17,408 nt of DNA from a virus (taxonomy: Duplodnaviria; Heunggongvirae; Uroviricota; Caudoviricetes). Shown in pieces: positions 16,056 to 17,408 of the stretch; within the stretch, counting starts at the first letter, position 1, and each line of letters starts with the position of its first letter. The DNA lies in the IMG/VR virus record IMGVR_UViG_2630968397_000004; one strand, given 5' to 3'. The translations under genes were made by a program, and so were the position numbers. The notes beneath the pieces were generated by a model. The model saw nothing but the letters and a program-made list of their open reading frames with translations, was not told the DNA's origin and did not search any database.

Positions 16056-16874
16056 ATGTGTCAGGTATTTGGTGTATCCAGGAGCGGTTATTACAACTGG
16101 GTACAGCATGAACCCTCAGACAGAAAACAAAGTGATGAGCGGCTAAAACTGGAGATTAAGGTGGCACATATCCGCACTCGCGAAACATATGGAACCCGGC
16201 GGCTCCAGACGGAGCTGGCAGAGAATGGCATCATCGTTGGTCGTGACCGACTGGCACGTCTTCGTAAGGAGCTAAGGCTACGCTGTAAGCAGAAACGCAA
16301 GTTCAGAGCGACTACGAACTCGAACCACAATCTGCCAGTTGCGCCAAATCTGCTGAACCAGACGTTCGCTCCTACAGCACCAAATCAGGTCTGGGTGGCG
16401 GACCTGACGTATGTTGCCACACAGGAGGGATGGTTGTACCTCGCTGGCATCAAAGATGTTTATACGTGCGAAATTGTCGGCTACGCCATGGGAGAGCGCA
16501 TGACAAAAGAGCTGACAGGTAAAGCCCTGTTTATGGCGCTCAGGAGCCAGCGCCCACCTGCCGGGCTAATCCACCACTCTGATCGAGGTTCACAGTACTG
16601 CGCATACGATTACCGGGTCATACAGGAGCAGTCTGGTCTGAAAACATCAATGTCGCGTAAAGGTAACTGTTACGACAACGCTCCGATGGAAAGCTTCTGG
16701 GGAACGCTGAAAAATGAGAGCCTGAGCCACTATCGTTTTAATAACCGGGATGAAGCCATCTCAGTAATACGGGAATACATTGAGATTTTCTACAATCGTC
16801 AGCGTCGTCACTCTCGTCTGGGGAATATCTCCCCGGCAGCCTTCAGGGAAAAATATCATCAGATGGCTGCTTAA
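16056..16874 (+). CDS. IS600 OrfB (DDE transposase catalytic part; produced as OrfAB fusion by -1 frameshift)
   Basis: ORF track 272 aa. The -1 frame is open upstream back to the A7 slippery run at the end of orfA. Confidence 0.95.
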   Translation: MCQVFGVSRSGYYNWVQHEPSDRKQSDERLKLEIKVAHIRTRETYGTRRLQTELAENGIIVGRDRLARLRKELRLRCKQKRKFRATTNSNHNLPVAPNLLNQTFAPTAPNQVWVADLTYVATQEGWLYLAGIKDVYTCEIVGYAMGERMTKELTGKALFMALRSQRPPAGLIHHSDRGSQYCAYDYRVIQEQSGLKTSMSRKGNCYDNAPMESFWGTLKNESLSHYRFNNRDEAISVIREYIEIFYNRQRRHSRLGNISPAAFREKYHQMAA

Positions 16875-16917
16875 AAAAAGAACAAATGGTAGTGTCCGCT
16901 ATTGCCAGTACACCTCA

Positions 16918-17408
16918 TTGTGAATGTCAGAAGAAACCTGACGATACTTGATATGTTCGGTCCCCCAAAAACAAATGCCGGGATCCGGACGGTAACATTA
17001 CTGCAGCCGGCTCTTGAAGCACTGAAGGAGCAATACAAACTGACCGGGCATCATCGCAAAAGCGAAATCACTTTTTATCATCGGGAGTACGGCAGAACTG
17101 AAAAGCAAAAACTGCATTTTGTTTTCATGCCCAGGGTGTGTAACGAAAAACAGAAACCTTATTACTCGGTAAGCAGTTTGGGTGCAAGATGGAATGCAGC
17201 AGTAAAACGTGCTGGTATTCGCCGCCGTAATCCGTACCATACGCGACATACTTTTGCCTGCTGGCTGTTGACGGCAGGAGCGAACCCGGCATTTATAGCC
17301 AGCCAGATGGGGCATGAAACTGCGCAAATGGTGTATGAAATTTACGGTATGTGGATTGATGACATGAACGACGAACAGATAGCCATGTTGAATGCGCGGT
17401 TATCGTAG
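16918..17408 (+). pseudogene. 3' fragment of a phage tyrosine integrase (catalytic C-terminal domain), truncated at its 5' side by IS600
   Basis: Frame is open from the IS600 right end to TAG at 17406-17408. ...NAGIRTVTLLQ...YHTRHTFACWLLTAGANPAFIASQMGHETAQMVYEIYGMW shows R...HxxR...Y tyrosine-recombinase elements. Track ORF start (TTG 16902) lies inside IS600. No upstream coding continuation left of the IS. Confidence 0.75.

Larger units (their letters stand above)
15654..16917 (+). mobile_element. IS600 copy 3, full length (1264 bp)
   Basis: TGAGGTAGCC...GTACACCTCA termini, orfA plus intact 272-aa orfB in -1 frame. Flanking triplets TAG / TTG do not form a perfect 3-bp duplication. Confidence 0.95.

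Overview
This 17.4-kb window is an IS-riddled, heavily decayed lambdoid prophage remnant. The density of IS600 and IS1 suggests a Shigella or E. coli chromosome (inference). No CRISPR, rRNA or recognisable known defence system was seen. The two best candidates for something undescribed are the HNH / 221-aa / DUF551-like / 27-aa-peptide accessory operon and the large serine recombinase coupled to the tail operon; both are flagged with modest confidence. Layout, left to right: (1) minus strand, a partial large serine recombinase running off the left edge, then lambda-like tail-tip genes J, I, K, L, M and a 3' fragment of tape-measure gene H; (2) H is cut by a truncated IS600 abutted by a second IS600 carrying a 179-bp internal deletion; (3) four minus-strand tRNA genes (Gly-UCC, Thr-UGU, Arg-UCU, Ile2-like CAU) directly downstream of a tR'-like terminator and a Q-like antiterminator with nin-region genes; (4) IS1 copy A, a complete hok/sok-type type I toxin-antitoxin locus, and an accessory operon ending in a bidirectional terminator; (5) an IS1-interrupted Zn-ribbon gene with intact 10-bp target duplication, a full-length 1264-bp IS600, and the 3' fragment of a tyrosine integrase. 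Protein family calls rest on reading the translations and on recollection of family motifs, not on database searches. Coordinates of features absent from the ORF track were counted by hand and may be off by 1-2 nt.
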